This document shows positions 36,547 through 46,069 of a stretch of 62,941 nt of DNA, in pieces; the stretch's first letter is position 1, and each line of letters starts with the position of its first letter. This DNA is from a virus (lineage: Duplodnaviria > Caudoviricetes): the IMG/VR virus record IMGVR_UViG_3300030098_002385, positions 1 to 62,941 of that record; one strand, written 5' to 3'. The position numbers and the translations under genes were made by a program. The notes under the pieces were generated by a model. The model was not told the DNA's origin and made no database searches. It saw only the letters and a program-made list of their open reading frames with translations.

Positions 36547-37260
36547 ATGAGCAAAAATGAACATTTGGTATTTTACAGAAGTAAAAACCCTACAAAAATG
36601 AGTTATGTTTTCTTTGGAAACTATAAAGATAAAACTGGTAGAATGCATACATACACTGATGTAAATGGTGTAGCACACAGAGGATTTCCAAACACTCAGC
36701 CTGTAATAAGGTTAAATATTAATTTAGAACACCATAAACTAGTTGATGAGTTCTTAATGGACCACCCATTAGTTTTAAATGGTTCTTGGTTGAGAGATGA
36801 TGCTATTATAAGACAAGAGCAAGAAGCTAATGCAATTATGACTTCTGCTAATGCTGTAATGGAAGCTGCTAAATTAAACATGAAAGAAGTAAGAGACTTA
36901 TCTAGACTACTTGGATTAAACCTAGACTCTAGAGATGATATCTTAAAAGCACATGTTTTAAAAATAGCTGCTGAGCAACCAGAAAACTTTATGGCACTAT
37001 GGTTTGATGATGATAGACATTATAGACTGTTTGTTATGGAGGCACAAGAAAATGGTGTTATTAAGTGGGAAAAAGATACATTTAAGTATGGCTCACAAGT
37101 TGTAGGTATTTCTGAAGACCAAGTAATAAAATGGTTAAAAGACAATAAGGATATATATGCTTTATTAAAGTCACAAATGAGTGGTAATGGTAAAGTAGAG
37201 ATGGACTTAGTTGAGCAAAAGGAGGAAGCTACAACAAAAAAAACAAGTAAAAAAAAGTAG
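36547..37260 (+). CDS. Conserved morphogenesis-region protein
   Basis: 237 aa between capsid and tail genes. Confidence 0.65.
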   Translation: MSKNEHLVFYRSKNPTKMSYVFFGNYKDKTGRMHTYTDVNGVAHRGFPNTQPVIRLNINLEHHKLVDEFLMDHPLVLNGSWLRDDAIIRQEQEANAIMTSANAVMEAAKLNMKEVRDLSRLLGLNLDSRDDILKAHVLKIAAEQPENFMALWFDDDRHYRLFVMEAQENGVIKWEKDTFKYGSQVVGISEDQVIKWLKDNKDIYALLKSQMSGNGKVEMDLVEQKEEATTKKTSKKK

Positions 37261-37266
37261 TAATAC

Positions 37267-38211
37267 ATGGCAATAATTGAAAGTGTAAACGATTTATATA
37301 ATAGAGTTAGAACTATTTTAGATAAAGGGGATACTCCTTGGATGTCTAATGAAGAAATAGATGACTTTATTTCCATGGCTGGAAGTGAGTTTACACAGGA
37401 GAGAGTTGATAAGTTTGGAGCTACACAGAGATTAAGAGATGATTTAGGTGCATTTGTTAGAACTTTAACTTATTTTGATGCTTACAATTCAAGTCTTTTT
37501 CAAGAAGCGTTTCTGTTACAAAACGCAGCAATGGACGGGGGTCAAATGGACTGGGGTCCTATAAATTGGTTAGGTGGCCTTTTTAATCCATCTCCAACAG
37601 GTTTTGGCTCTGAAGTTTGGTCTATAACATATAACGCGCATCCAATGAGCAAACTATCTTGTGACATGAGGTTCACTGGTCCTTATTTTGCATTAGGGGC
37701 AGATAGTTCTGTTGAATGGAATAATTTTATTGATGAAGGAGATAGGCCAGACGTAAATACTGTAATATCAATTGATATACATTATTTTAATGTTCAAAAT
37801 GTAAATACTCCAACTATTTCAACTAATGGCCCTGGTTTTATTAAAAAGGTTAAAACAGAGCCTGTTAAGATTATTAGCATTGATGATTATCAGGGCTCTA
37901 TAAATGACCCTTTTAACGCTCCTAACTCAGGTAATCGTGTTGCTATAAGAACAGGTGATTATTACAACTTTCTTCCAGATTTAGATTTATCTCCATTTGG
38001 ACTTAATTTAGCTGCTGGAGGAGAAAGTAATTTTGGTATGATTGTTTTTAATTATGTTTCGGGAAAATGTACATCTGAAAATATTGTTACACATATGCCA
38101 AAAAGTAGTGTAGAAGAAATTTGCCAAATTGCTGCTAGAAAAATACTTGGAACAACAGCTGATGAAAGATATACCGTTGGTAACAACGAGATAAATCAGC
38201 TTAATATATAA
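37267..38211 (+). CDS. Putative tail/neck ring protein
   Basis: LDK......EEIDDF...A, DPFNAP, EEICQIA patterns. Confidence 0.55.
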   Translation: MAIIESVNDLYNRVRTILDKGDTPWMSNEEIDDFISMAGSEFTQERVDKFGATQRLRDDLGAFVRTLTYFDAYNSSLFQEAFLLQNAAMDGGQMDWGPINWLGGLFNPSPTGFGSEVWSITYNAHPMSKLSCDMRFTGPYFALGADSSVEWNNFIDEGDRPDVNTVISIDIHYFNVQNVNTPTISTNGPGFIKKVKTEPVKIISIDDYQGSINDPFNAPNSGNRVAIRTGDYYNFLPDLDLSPFGLNLAAGGESNFGMIVFNYVSGKCTSENIVTHMPKSSVEEICQIAARKILGTTADERYTVGNNEINQLNI

Positions 38212-38224
38212 AAAATTTGCTCCC

Positions 38225-38272
38225 TGCTTTGTGATGAGAGGTTAGTGTTCGCCCTGCCTCTTGTCTAAAGCA
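38225..38272 (+). promoter_or_regulatory. Intergenic RNA hairpin upstream of ATG 38288
   Basis: tgcttt-g-tgatgagagg pairs with cctcttgtc-t-aaagca. Confidence 0.5.
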
Positions 38273-38287
38273 AAAAAAATAAAAAAT

Positions 38288-38998
38288 ATGACACTAAACG
38301 AAATAGCATATAACATTAAAAACATACTAGAAGGGGGTGCTGCTACATTAGATTCTAACATATCTATTAGACAAATACAAGCTATGATACATTATCATAG
38401 AGCGCAATTACTTTTAAAGTATACAGATGGTGGTAGGTATATATCAAGCGCTATAACTTCAAAAATAAATGAAGCTATAGACGAGAATGGATTTGGTTTT
38501 ATTAATATTCCTCCATTATTAGGATTCTCAAACAATAGAGCAATAGTTTCTATTGAAGTAGAAATACAAGGAGAAAAACAATCTGTTCCACTATGTTATG
38601 GTCCAGATAAAGAATTTTTCTTTGAATCTAGATTTGGGCCCTCTACAGAAAGAATTATAGCTGTTATAGAAGATGATGTAGATGAGTCTGAAGACAGACG
38701 TATATATTTTTATTCGGGACAAAATGAAACCTTAACCGATGGGGTTGTAAGGGTAAGGGCAGTTTTATCACAACCACAAGACGGTCCTAATGGCTATCCT
38801 ATACCAGATGAGTTAATACCTACTTTAACGCAAACTGTTTTAGCAAAAGAGTTTAACATGATGTTAACTGTAGGTAAAGATTATACAAACAACACTGTAG
38901 ATGATAATATACCAGGCATAGCAGCTGCAAATATAAAGCGTGGAATGCAGGCCGCACCTTCAGCTAAAGCTAGGTCAACAAGGGCAAAAACAAGATAG
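38288..38998 (+). CDS. Putative tail ring protein
   Basis: MTLNEIAYNI, ISIRQI...I.Y.RA.L, YPIP. Confidence 0.55.
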   Translation: MTLNEIAYNIKNILEGGAATLDSNISIRQIQAMIHYHRAQLLLKYTDGGRYISSAITSKINEAIDENGFGFINIPPLLGFSNNRAIVSIEVEIQGEKQSVPLCYGPDKEFFFESRFGPSTERIIAVIEDDVDESEDRRIYFYSGQNETLTDGVVRVRAVLSQPQDGPNGYPIPDELIPTLTQTVLAKEFNMMLTVGKDYTNNTVDDNIPGIAAANIKRGMQAAPSAKARSTRAKTR

Positions 38999-38999
38999 T

Positions 39000-39425
39000 A
39001 TGGAGCTAAGGAAATATAAAGATAAATACGTTCTATTAAGGGATGTATTTAACAATATAAAAAAAGACATAAAAGTAAAGGGAACAAAAAGAGATAGACA
39101 ACTTTCTTATACTGAATATAGAGGTATAGTAAGTGAGTTTTTTAATTTATTGATAGAGGATGTTGCCGTAAACAGAGATAAAGTTAGGCTTCCTAATCGT
39201 TTTGGAACTGTTTATATGAAAAAGTGTAAAAACAAAAGAGCTTTTCATATTAGACTTGATATAGCAGAAAGTGAAAGAACAGGAGAAATAGTTAAATATA
39301 AAGTTCCTATATTAAATGATTACTACAACAAATTAGTGTGGTTAAGACCAGGTAAGTTTAAAAAATGTAAGGTTCTTCCTTTGTCTAGATTTAAAAATGT
39401 TATTAAAGAAATAAGAGAATACTAA
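39000..39425 (+). CDS. IHF/HU-like protein of the tail gene block
   Basis: YRGIVSEFF...VRLPNRFGTVY; same position as in crAss-like phages. Confidence 0.55.
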   Translation: MELRKYKDKYVLLRDVFNNIKKDIKVKGTKRDRQLSYTEYRGIVSEFFNLLIEDVAVNRDKVRLPNRFGTVYMKKCKNKRAFHIRLDIAESERTGEIVKYKVPILNDYYNKLVWLRPGKFKKCKVLPLSRFKNVIKEIREY

Positions 39426-39426
39426 T

Positions 39427-40083
39427 ATGAACGGACAAGCTGGAAAACGTGTAAGTGTAAAACGAGTAGTTGCTAATGTTATTAGGAACATGGACATACC
39501 TGATGCTTCTAGAAACTTTAATGCCTTTGCGGAATGGGCCTTTGAAGCAGAAAGAAAAATAGGAAGTTATAAAACTTTTGTTAAAAAAACAGAAACATTA
39601 ACTATAACAAATAAACAAGCAGCTTTACCTGATGATTTTTTAAGTATAATAGATGTTAAAAAAGGTGGTAGTAATAATAATGATTATTTAGAACAAAGCT
39701 CTGCTACTTTTCCTTCTGATGTAGATAAACAAAATATGTTTTATTTTACAGAGGATACTTTAAATGTTTCTACAAATGACATTGGTTCTGTAACTATAGT
39801 TTATTACGCCGTAGATACAGATGACGAAGGATACCCTACGATTGCAGCAAACCATGAAGATGCTGTATCTGCATATTTAATGTACAAGTATAAGGCGAGA
39901 GATTATTGGAACGGTAAGTTACAAAGATATATTTATGTTGATTTAGAAAGAAATTGGTCTAGGTTGTGCGCCCAAGCAAGAGGAAATGACAATATGCCTA
40001 GTCCATCAGAAATGAAAAAAGCAGCTCAAATATGGAACACTTTGATTCCTATCAAGTCTAACAATGGATTACTTAATGTATAA
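39427..40083 (+). CDS. Putative tail tubular protein
   Basis: EWAFEA..KIG, LPDDF, D.EGYP.I; precedes the stabilisation protein. Confidence 0.6.
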   Translation: MNGQAGKRVSVKRVVANVIRNMDIPDASRNFNAFAEWAFEAERKIGSYKTFVKKTETLTITNKQAALPDDFLSIIDVKKGGSNNNDYLEQSSATFPSDVDKQNMFYFTEDTLNVSTNDIGSVTIVYYAVDTDDEGYPTIAANHEDAVSAYLMYKYKARDYWNGKLQRYIYVDLERNWSRLCAQARGNDNMPSPSEMKKAAQIWNTLIPIKSNNGLLNV

Positions 40084-43000
40084 TGCCAACAAAAGGAAAA
40101 CCAAATACGTTTTTTAAAGGAATGAAGTCTGACTTAGAGAAATCTATGCAGTCAAAAGATTCTTATAGATATGCAAAAAATGCAAGGGTTACTAGTTTAG
40201 ATGGTGACAATGTAAGTGTACAACCCTATCCTAGTGATAGATTAGCTTTAACATTTAGAGGTGAATCTAGTTTTGTAAATGGAGTTCAAACTCTTTCTTA
40301 TACACAGGCTTGGACACAAGGTGAGACTGTAATAAATACTATAGGTGATGTTTTAAATGAAATGAATTATCAGTGGCCACCACAATATTCAAGTTTAGAA
40401 GATTTATGGGGGCCTATTGAAATACCAGGTGAGTTTACACAATTTATAGCTGGTAATGACAATCCAGTTAGTGTTACAATAGAGTTAGTAACAGTAGATG
40501 GTAATACTATAGAAATTACAGAAGACATTACTACTGCTTATCTTTTAACAAACCAAATGAATGTTCCTTTTGATGTAGATAATTTGGTTGCTGGTATTAT
40601 AAATGAATCTCAAAATGGTATTTTAGCAACAGCTACAGTAAATGGAAATATAGGAAATTCTCAAACAACAACAAATTGGGTGTTTATAAACACAGAAGAT
40701 TCTTCAGATTATGTATCTTCCTTTTCTGTTACCGTGACTGGAACGGGTAGTTACTCTATAGCTAATCAAGATTTAATGCAACAAGGTTTAATAGCCTCTT
40801 TACCTCCAGTGCCAGTTCCTACAGGTAATGGCATTGAAGAAATTATTGCTTATAACTTAGCTTTAGCGTTTCAACAAGCATTAGTAACATCAATAGTGAA
40901 TGCTTTAACAGATTATTATAACACTTTAGCGCAAACACCAATTAATTCAACTGTAATTAATGGCGCAGAATTATCACCAACTGGATTAAGTGTTTTTGAA
41001 CAAGTTGCAGAAAGTATTGGTTTTTCACCAAGTCAACCAGGAATACAAGTGTTGGGAACATATAGTTTTTCTGACCAATTAATTATATTAGCTAAATGGC
41101 CTTTAATGGGAGCTCTACAAGCTGAGGCTGGAAGTCCAATAGCATGTGATATGGTTATAAAAGTAAGACAGGCAGCAGATGGAACTTTAAATGGAAATGG
41201 ACTAGATGGTTTTGGGGACTTTATACCCTTTGATGAACTAGGTACTTTGTATACTATTTATTTTACGGGTAACTTAGAGTTTACATTAGGAAAAAAAATA
41301 AAAATAACAGGTTCTGAAGAATCTGGAAAAACAAGGAGAATATATTTTACAGATGGATTGTTTCCCTTAAAAACTATGAATGTTGGACTAGACCCAATAC
41401 TATACACACCTTATTTTAATACACCTGAGTATTTTAATATTTTTGCACCAGCTGTGTTTGCGCCTACAAAAGTAACTGGATTTTTAGAAGGCGGTAATTT
41501 AAGCTCAAAGGCTTATTCTTATGGTTTTAAATATAAGACTGTAGATGGAAGAACTAGTAAGCTGTCGCCACTAAGTAATCCAGCAAGTTTACCTAAAACA
41601 TCCTCTTCTACTGAAGGGCCTTTTATAAAAGGAGCCAAGTCAGAAGAATCTACAGGAAAAACTATGACAGGTGAAATAAGAAACTTAGACACAAGGTATG
41701 CTAAAATACAATTAATATTTGTTCCTTATGAAAACAATGCTCCAGCTGGTCCTGGAATAATTTTTAATGAATACCCCGTACCTTCTGTAAATGATAATGA
41801 TGACGAGAATGTTGTATTTTGGAGTCACACAGGAACTGAAGAGCCAATAGGTGAGGTTCCATTGGCAGAGTTAAATGACAACCAAGTTAGTTGGGACACT
41901 TGTCAAGCTTTAGAAACTAAAGATAATAGATTATTTGTAGGTAATTTAAGTAACAGTATAGAAAGTATAGATACTGATTTTAGAGTTGTATCGTATAATA
42001 AAGAAAATCAACCCCATAATGTTGATACTGGAAACCCACATTTGTATAACGACTTATTATACTCTACAGCTGGAGTTATAGTTAATCCCGAAAACCAACA
42101 GGCCCTTCCTGTGGAGCAAATAACTGAGGCTTACCTAGGAGCATACGTTGATGAATATATTGTTGAAGGCACCAATTTTGTTCCTATGTTTAGATATATA
42201 AAGGGTCCTACAAATAATTCAGCTTTATACAATGGAGAGCTTTTAGGTGTTCAACAACAAAGAGGAATATTTGGGGCTCAAAGTAAAGGTTTTGACGAAC
42301 CTAATGATGATGGTGAGCTTGAGGGAATAAGAGTTACTTTTAGAATATTAAGTGAAGAATCTTCTGATGGCACATTTCCTATTGATTTAGATAGAGATTC
42401 TAGGTTAATTCAATCTAGTGGAATAAAAGCTTTACCTCCATACTATAATTTACCTGCAGGTCAAAATAATTATTATAATAACTATTCTAATCCTTTATAC
42501 AACTCAAACTATGTAGGGTATAGAAGAGGCGAGATATATAGATTTGGATTACTTTTTTATGATAAACTAGGCGCACCTATGTTTATAAAGCCTATAGGTG
42601 ACATTAGAATGCCAGAACACAGTGCAGAATATGTAACACCTATATATAACCCAACAAGTGAAAATGGGGAAATAACTGGATTTAAACATGAATGGCCGTA
42701 TTATTATCAAACAGCTAGAAGTGCTAAAGACCGTGGATTTCAAAATATTGGAGATTATATAAATAAAGAAGGTGTAAAAGGATGTGTTTTATATCCTTAT
42801 TTTGAGGTTAAACTATCTTCAGCAACAACTAGTAAAATAGGTGGATACTCTGTAGTTAGAGTTCCTAGAGATTCTATCAATAGAAGTATAGTTACTTCTG
42901 GTATATTTTCAAGAGCAATAGCTTATAAAAATGACAGCTTTGGTAATTCAGAGTTAGACGGTAAGTTGGGTAATAGCACATTTCCTTTGTGGACAGAGTT

Positions 43001-46000
43001 AAGACAAAAACAAGACTACAGAAGATTTAATGGGGAAGGTGATAACGCATCAAGGGTGTACACACTAGATTCTCCAGATGTGTGTAGTGATGGAGATTTT
43101 GTTTATAATTTCTCATCTTCTGATAGAATAAAACTTACAGAGTCAGGATTTTGTTTGAAACAAAATGTTCGTTTAATAGATGCAAATGGAGAAACTGATA
43201 CAGAAGGTATACAAAAGTTTTTATCTATAGATTTAGCTGACCATTTATACAACCCTTCAGATATAAATCAAAATTTACCAGCGTATACATTACAACCTAA
43301 ATCATTAAATTTGTTTTCATGTGTTGTAAGTAAAGACAAACTAAATAACAGCCCTGTTCAATTTAATGAACAAGAATACGAAACAGGAACTTGGAATTAT
43401 AAATTTAGTGATGACGCTCAAAACTATTATGACTTTGAAGATGATGGTATATTTCAGAATATTATTGGTAATGATTATAATAATTATGGATTTAGTTCTC
43501 AGTACGACCTTGTTAGTAATGATGATAATGTAGAAAAACATGTAGGGTATTTTACTAAATACTATTCTAAAAGAATATCTTGTTACCCCCAATATGTTAT
43601 GAGAGATACAACAGTTGGAACAGGCGGAGAATTCAATGACTCTGTGGGAACTGGCGTTGGATTTAATATAGCAAGCCAACAACAGGCTTTACGATTACCT
43701 TATGTGAACCTATCTAATCCAGACGCACCTAATAGTTTTAATATAAACAACCCAAATATATCAGAGTTTTTTGCTTTTAATAATTCAGAGGGTTTACAGC
43801 CAGGTCAATTTTTTGAAACTAAAATACATTATGCTCAAATATTAAATCCAGAACAAGAAATAAATTCAGGTAATATACCAGGAAATTCTCCTAGTTTTAG
43901 AAATGCTCATCACTTTCATGAGTTGTACCCACCAACACAAACAAACTTTGATAAAAGACAAGCTAATGACCAAGAGAGTCAAAACGATTATTTTCAAAAA
44001 GCCAATAGAGCATATGCTCACAATTCTAAAACTATTGGTATTGTATTAGAAAAACCAGGAGGAATGCCTGTGGTTAGACAGAACTTAGCAGCAAATAATT
44101 ATTCAGAAGGAATTACAAGAAGAATAGGTGTATCAAAAGCTGGTGGTGAAGGTAATCCAGGCGGTAATTTTTCACCAGAGGTTACTATCGCGTCAATAGT
44201 AAGGGCTCAAAGTAAAGAAACTATGTATGGCGGATTTACAGAAGGGGATTTCTCTAGAAATATATTTCAATCAACAGGACAATTTAGACCTGTAGTATTT
44301 AATTTTCAAAACCCTGGTGATGCAGTTGGACAAAACAATGTTGGTGAAAATGGTAATGCTGTATTTGGTGGAGATACTTACATTGGTTATCACAAATTAA
44401 AGAAAACATTTAAACCTAGTTCAGGCACAAACGGAGAAGATGAGTCTTGTGTGTTATTTGCCTCTATGGTTCCTTTGGAAACTAATTTTAATTTAGAACT
44501 TAGACATGGTTGGAATTACTCTAATAATAGTGATTCTATACCAAGGTTTATAGAAGATGAATATTTGTATAATGAATCTTTTGATTCTGAAAACAATGGA
44601 TTGGCTTATAAAACAAAACCTATAGATTTTGAAGAAGTTAATCACTGGCCATCAATGATAGCTTTTTCTGAACAAAAAATACCAGGTGAGGTTGATGATA
44701 ATTATTCAATTTTTCCTGTAAACCAAATAAAAGATTTAGATTACGAGAAAGGTCCTATTACGCAAATGTTTATGTTATCTAATGAAATGTACGCTTTGCA
44801 GTATTATGGAACTAGTAGGTTAAGTATTAACCCTAGAGTGTTAATTCAAGCAGAAGATGGTAATGCTATACAAGCGCAAACTGGAACTGATAATATATTA
44901 GAAAGATATGACTATATAAGTGAAGTGTATGGTTCGCAACATTTTCATGGATTAGCTGTTTCTGATAAAGCAGCGTATTTTTACGATGATGATAATTGTA
45001 AGTTTTTAAGACTAGGTAGAGGCGAAAAGGGTAAGTTTGGCGTAATGTCTTTAGGTGAAAATTCTTTTATGCAAAATTATTTTAATCAAAATAAAAATAG
45101 AACTTTAAATGATAACCCTTTGACCATTAGAACTTATACAAATGAAGCGCTACCTCCTTCTCCAACTTATGATATAAATAAACTACTTATATATCAAGGT
45201 ATTCAAGAAGAAGATTTAGGTGGCGTATCTATAGGATTTGACCCTGAACATTCAGAGGTTTTATTAACAACTATGTTTAGTGATAAAGGAGTGTACTTAC
45301 CGCCAGAAACTATTGTGTTTAATGAAAACTTAGGCGCTTTTACTAGTTTTATTTCTAAAGCAGCAGGACATTATTTTAATCATCATGGTAGACTTTACAA
45401 TGTGTATAATAAATACTCAACTAATGTTGATGACGCAAGCTCTTTGAATAATGGATTAGATGAAATATACATGTCAAATGGATATGAAGAATTTCCTAAC
45501 TCTGAATTAGACTCTTTTCCTGCAAAGTTTTTAAACTTTGGAGATGTAGATTATTATATATGGGAACAAGATACTGAACAACAAGGTGTTCTTCCTGTAT
45601 ATAAAGAGCCCTTTGAGATTGAAATGGTTATAAATGATGCCCCAACTGAAAGTAAAATATTTGACAAAATACAGTTATCAATGAACTCTGAAACACTTGA
45701 AGGAACGAGATATATTTATTTTCGTAAATTTGCATTTGAGGGTTCTGCAAATACAGCACCAATCATTCAAAATGATACAAACATATTGGGAGAAAATTAT
45801 TCTAGTATAGATAATTTAGAACCAGGTGGAAATAGAAATTGGTACACTGTAAGGGATAATTTACATTTTGCACCAATGAGAAGTTTGAATGGCTTAGAAG
45901 TTAATCAAGGGGGTAAAACAAGGGGTACGTACGCTACTGTAAGAATGACAATGGGGTGGGCAATAGATAATGAACATCCAAGTGGGTACGATAGAATTAA

Positions 46001-46058
46001 AAATGAAAAGTTTAATATATTCTCCGCAGTTCCTTTCTTTAGGGCTTCAAGAATTTAA
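40083..46058 (+). CDS. Tail stabilisation protein (large, beta-rich)
   Basis: NTFFKGMKSD, Y.YA.NAR, RRIYFTDG, KDNRLF.GN, GYRRGEIYRFG, GGDTYI, F.E..GAFTSF. Confidence 0.7.
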   Translation: MPTKGKPNTFFKGMKSDLEKSMQSKDSYRYAKNARVTSLDGDNVSVQPYPSDRLALTFRGESSFVNGVQTLSYTQAWTQGETVINTIGDVLNEMNYQWPPQYSSLEDLWGPIEIPGEFTQFIAGNDNPVSVTIELVTVDGNTIEITEDITTAYLLTNQMNVPFDVDNLVAGIINESQNGILATATVNGNIGNSQTTTNWVFINTEDSSDYVSSFSVTVTGTGSYSIANQDLMQQGLIASLPPVPVPTGNGIEEIIAYNLALAFQQALVTSIVNALTDYYNTLAQTPINSTVINGAELSPTGLSVFEQVAESIGFSPSQPGIQVLGTYSFSDQLIILAKWPLMGALQAEAGSPIACDMVIKVRQAADGTLNGNGLDGFGDFIPFDELGTLYTIYFTGNLEFTLGKKIKITGSEESGKTRRIYFTDGLFPLKTMNVGLDPILYTPYFNTPEYFNIFAPAVFAPTKVTGFLEGGNLSSKAYSYGFKYKTVDGRTSKLSPLSNPASLPKTSSSTEGPFIKGAKSEESTGKTMTGEIRNLDTRYAKIQLIFVPYENNAPAGPGIIFNEYPVPSVNDNDDENVVFWSHTGTEEPIGEVPLAELNDNQVSWDTCQALETKDNRLFVGNLSNSIESIDTDFRVVSYNKENQPHNVDTGNPHLYNDLLYSTAGVIVNPENQQALPVEQITEAYLGAYVDEYIVEGTNFVPMFRYIKGPTNNSALYNGELLGVQQQRGIFGAQSKGFDEPNDDGELEGIRVTFRILSEESSDGTFPIDLDRDSRLIQSSGIKALPPYYNLPAGQNNYYNNYSNPLYNSNYVGYRRGEIYRFGLLFYDKLGAPMFIKPIGDIRMPEHSAEYVTPIYNPTSENGEITGFKHEWPYYYQTARSAKDRGFQNIGDYINKEGVKGCVLYPYFEVKLSSATTSKIGGYSVVRVPRDSINRSIVTSGIFSRAIAYKNDSFGNSELDGKLGNSTFPLWTELRQKQDYRRFNGEGDNASRVYTLDSPDVCSDGDFVYNFSSSDRIKLTESGFCLKQNVRLIDANGETDTEGIQKFLSIDLADHLYNPSDINQNLPAYTLQPKSLNLFSCVVSKDKLNNSPVQFNEQEYETGTWNYKFSDDAQNYYDFEDDGIFQNIIGNDYNNYGFSSQYDLVSNDDNVEKHVGYFTKYYSKRISCYPQYVMRDTTVGTGGEFNDSVGTGVGFNIASQQQALRLPYVNLSNPDAPNSFNINNPNISEFFAFNNSEGLQPGQFFETKIHYAQILNPEQEINSGNIPGNSPSFRNAHHFHELYPPTQTNFDKRQANDQESQNDYFQKANRAYAHNSKTIGIVLEKPGGMPVVRQNLAANNYSEGITRRIGVSKAGGEGNPGGNFSPEVTIASIVRAQSKETMYGGFTEGDFSRNIFQSTGQFRPVVFNFQNPGDAVGQNNVGENGNAVFGGDTYIGYHKLKKTFKPSSGTNGEDESCVLFASMVPLETNFNLELRHGWNYSNNSDSIPRFIEDEYLYNESFDSENNGLAYKTKPIDFEEVNHWPSMIAFSEQKIPGEVDDNYSIFPVNQIKDLDYEKGPITQMFMLSNEMYALQYYGTSRLSINPRVLIQAEDGNAIQAQTGTDNILERYDYISEVYGSQHFHGLAVSDKAAYFYDDDNCKFLRLGRGEKGKFGVMSLGENSFMQNYFNQNKNRTLNDNPLTIRTYTNEALPPSPTYDINKLLIYQGIQEEDLGGVSIGFDPEHSEVLLTTMFSDKGVYLPPETIVFNENLGAFTSFISKAAGHYFNHHGRLYNVYNKYSTNVDDASSLNNGLDEIYMSNGYEEFPNSELDSFPAKFLNFGDVDYYIWEQDTEQQGVLPVYKEPFEIEMVINDAPTESKIFDKIQLSMNSETLEGTRYIYFRKFAFEGSANTAPIIQNDTNILGENYSSIDNLEPGGNRNWYTVRDNLHFAPMRSLNGLEVNQGGKTRGTYATVRMTMGWAIDNEHPSGYDRIKNEKFNIFSAVPFFRASRI
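45725..45732 (+). promoter_or_regulatory. Possible internal -7 element TAAATTTG
   Basis: ttcgTAAATTTGca, ~340 nt upstream of ATG 46070; inside a CDS. Confidence 0.35.
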
Positions 46059-46069
46059 AAAAAATAAAA

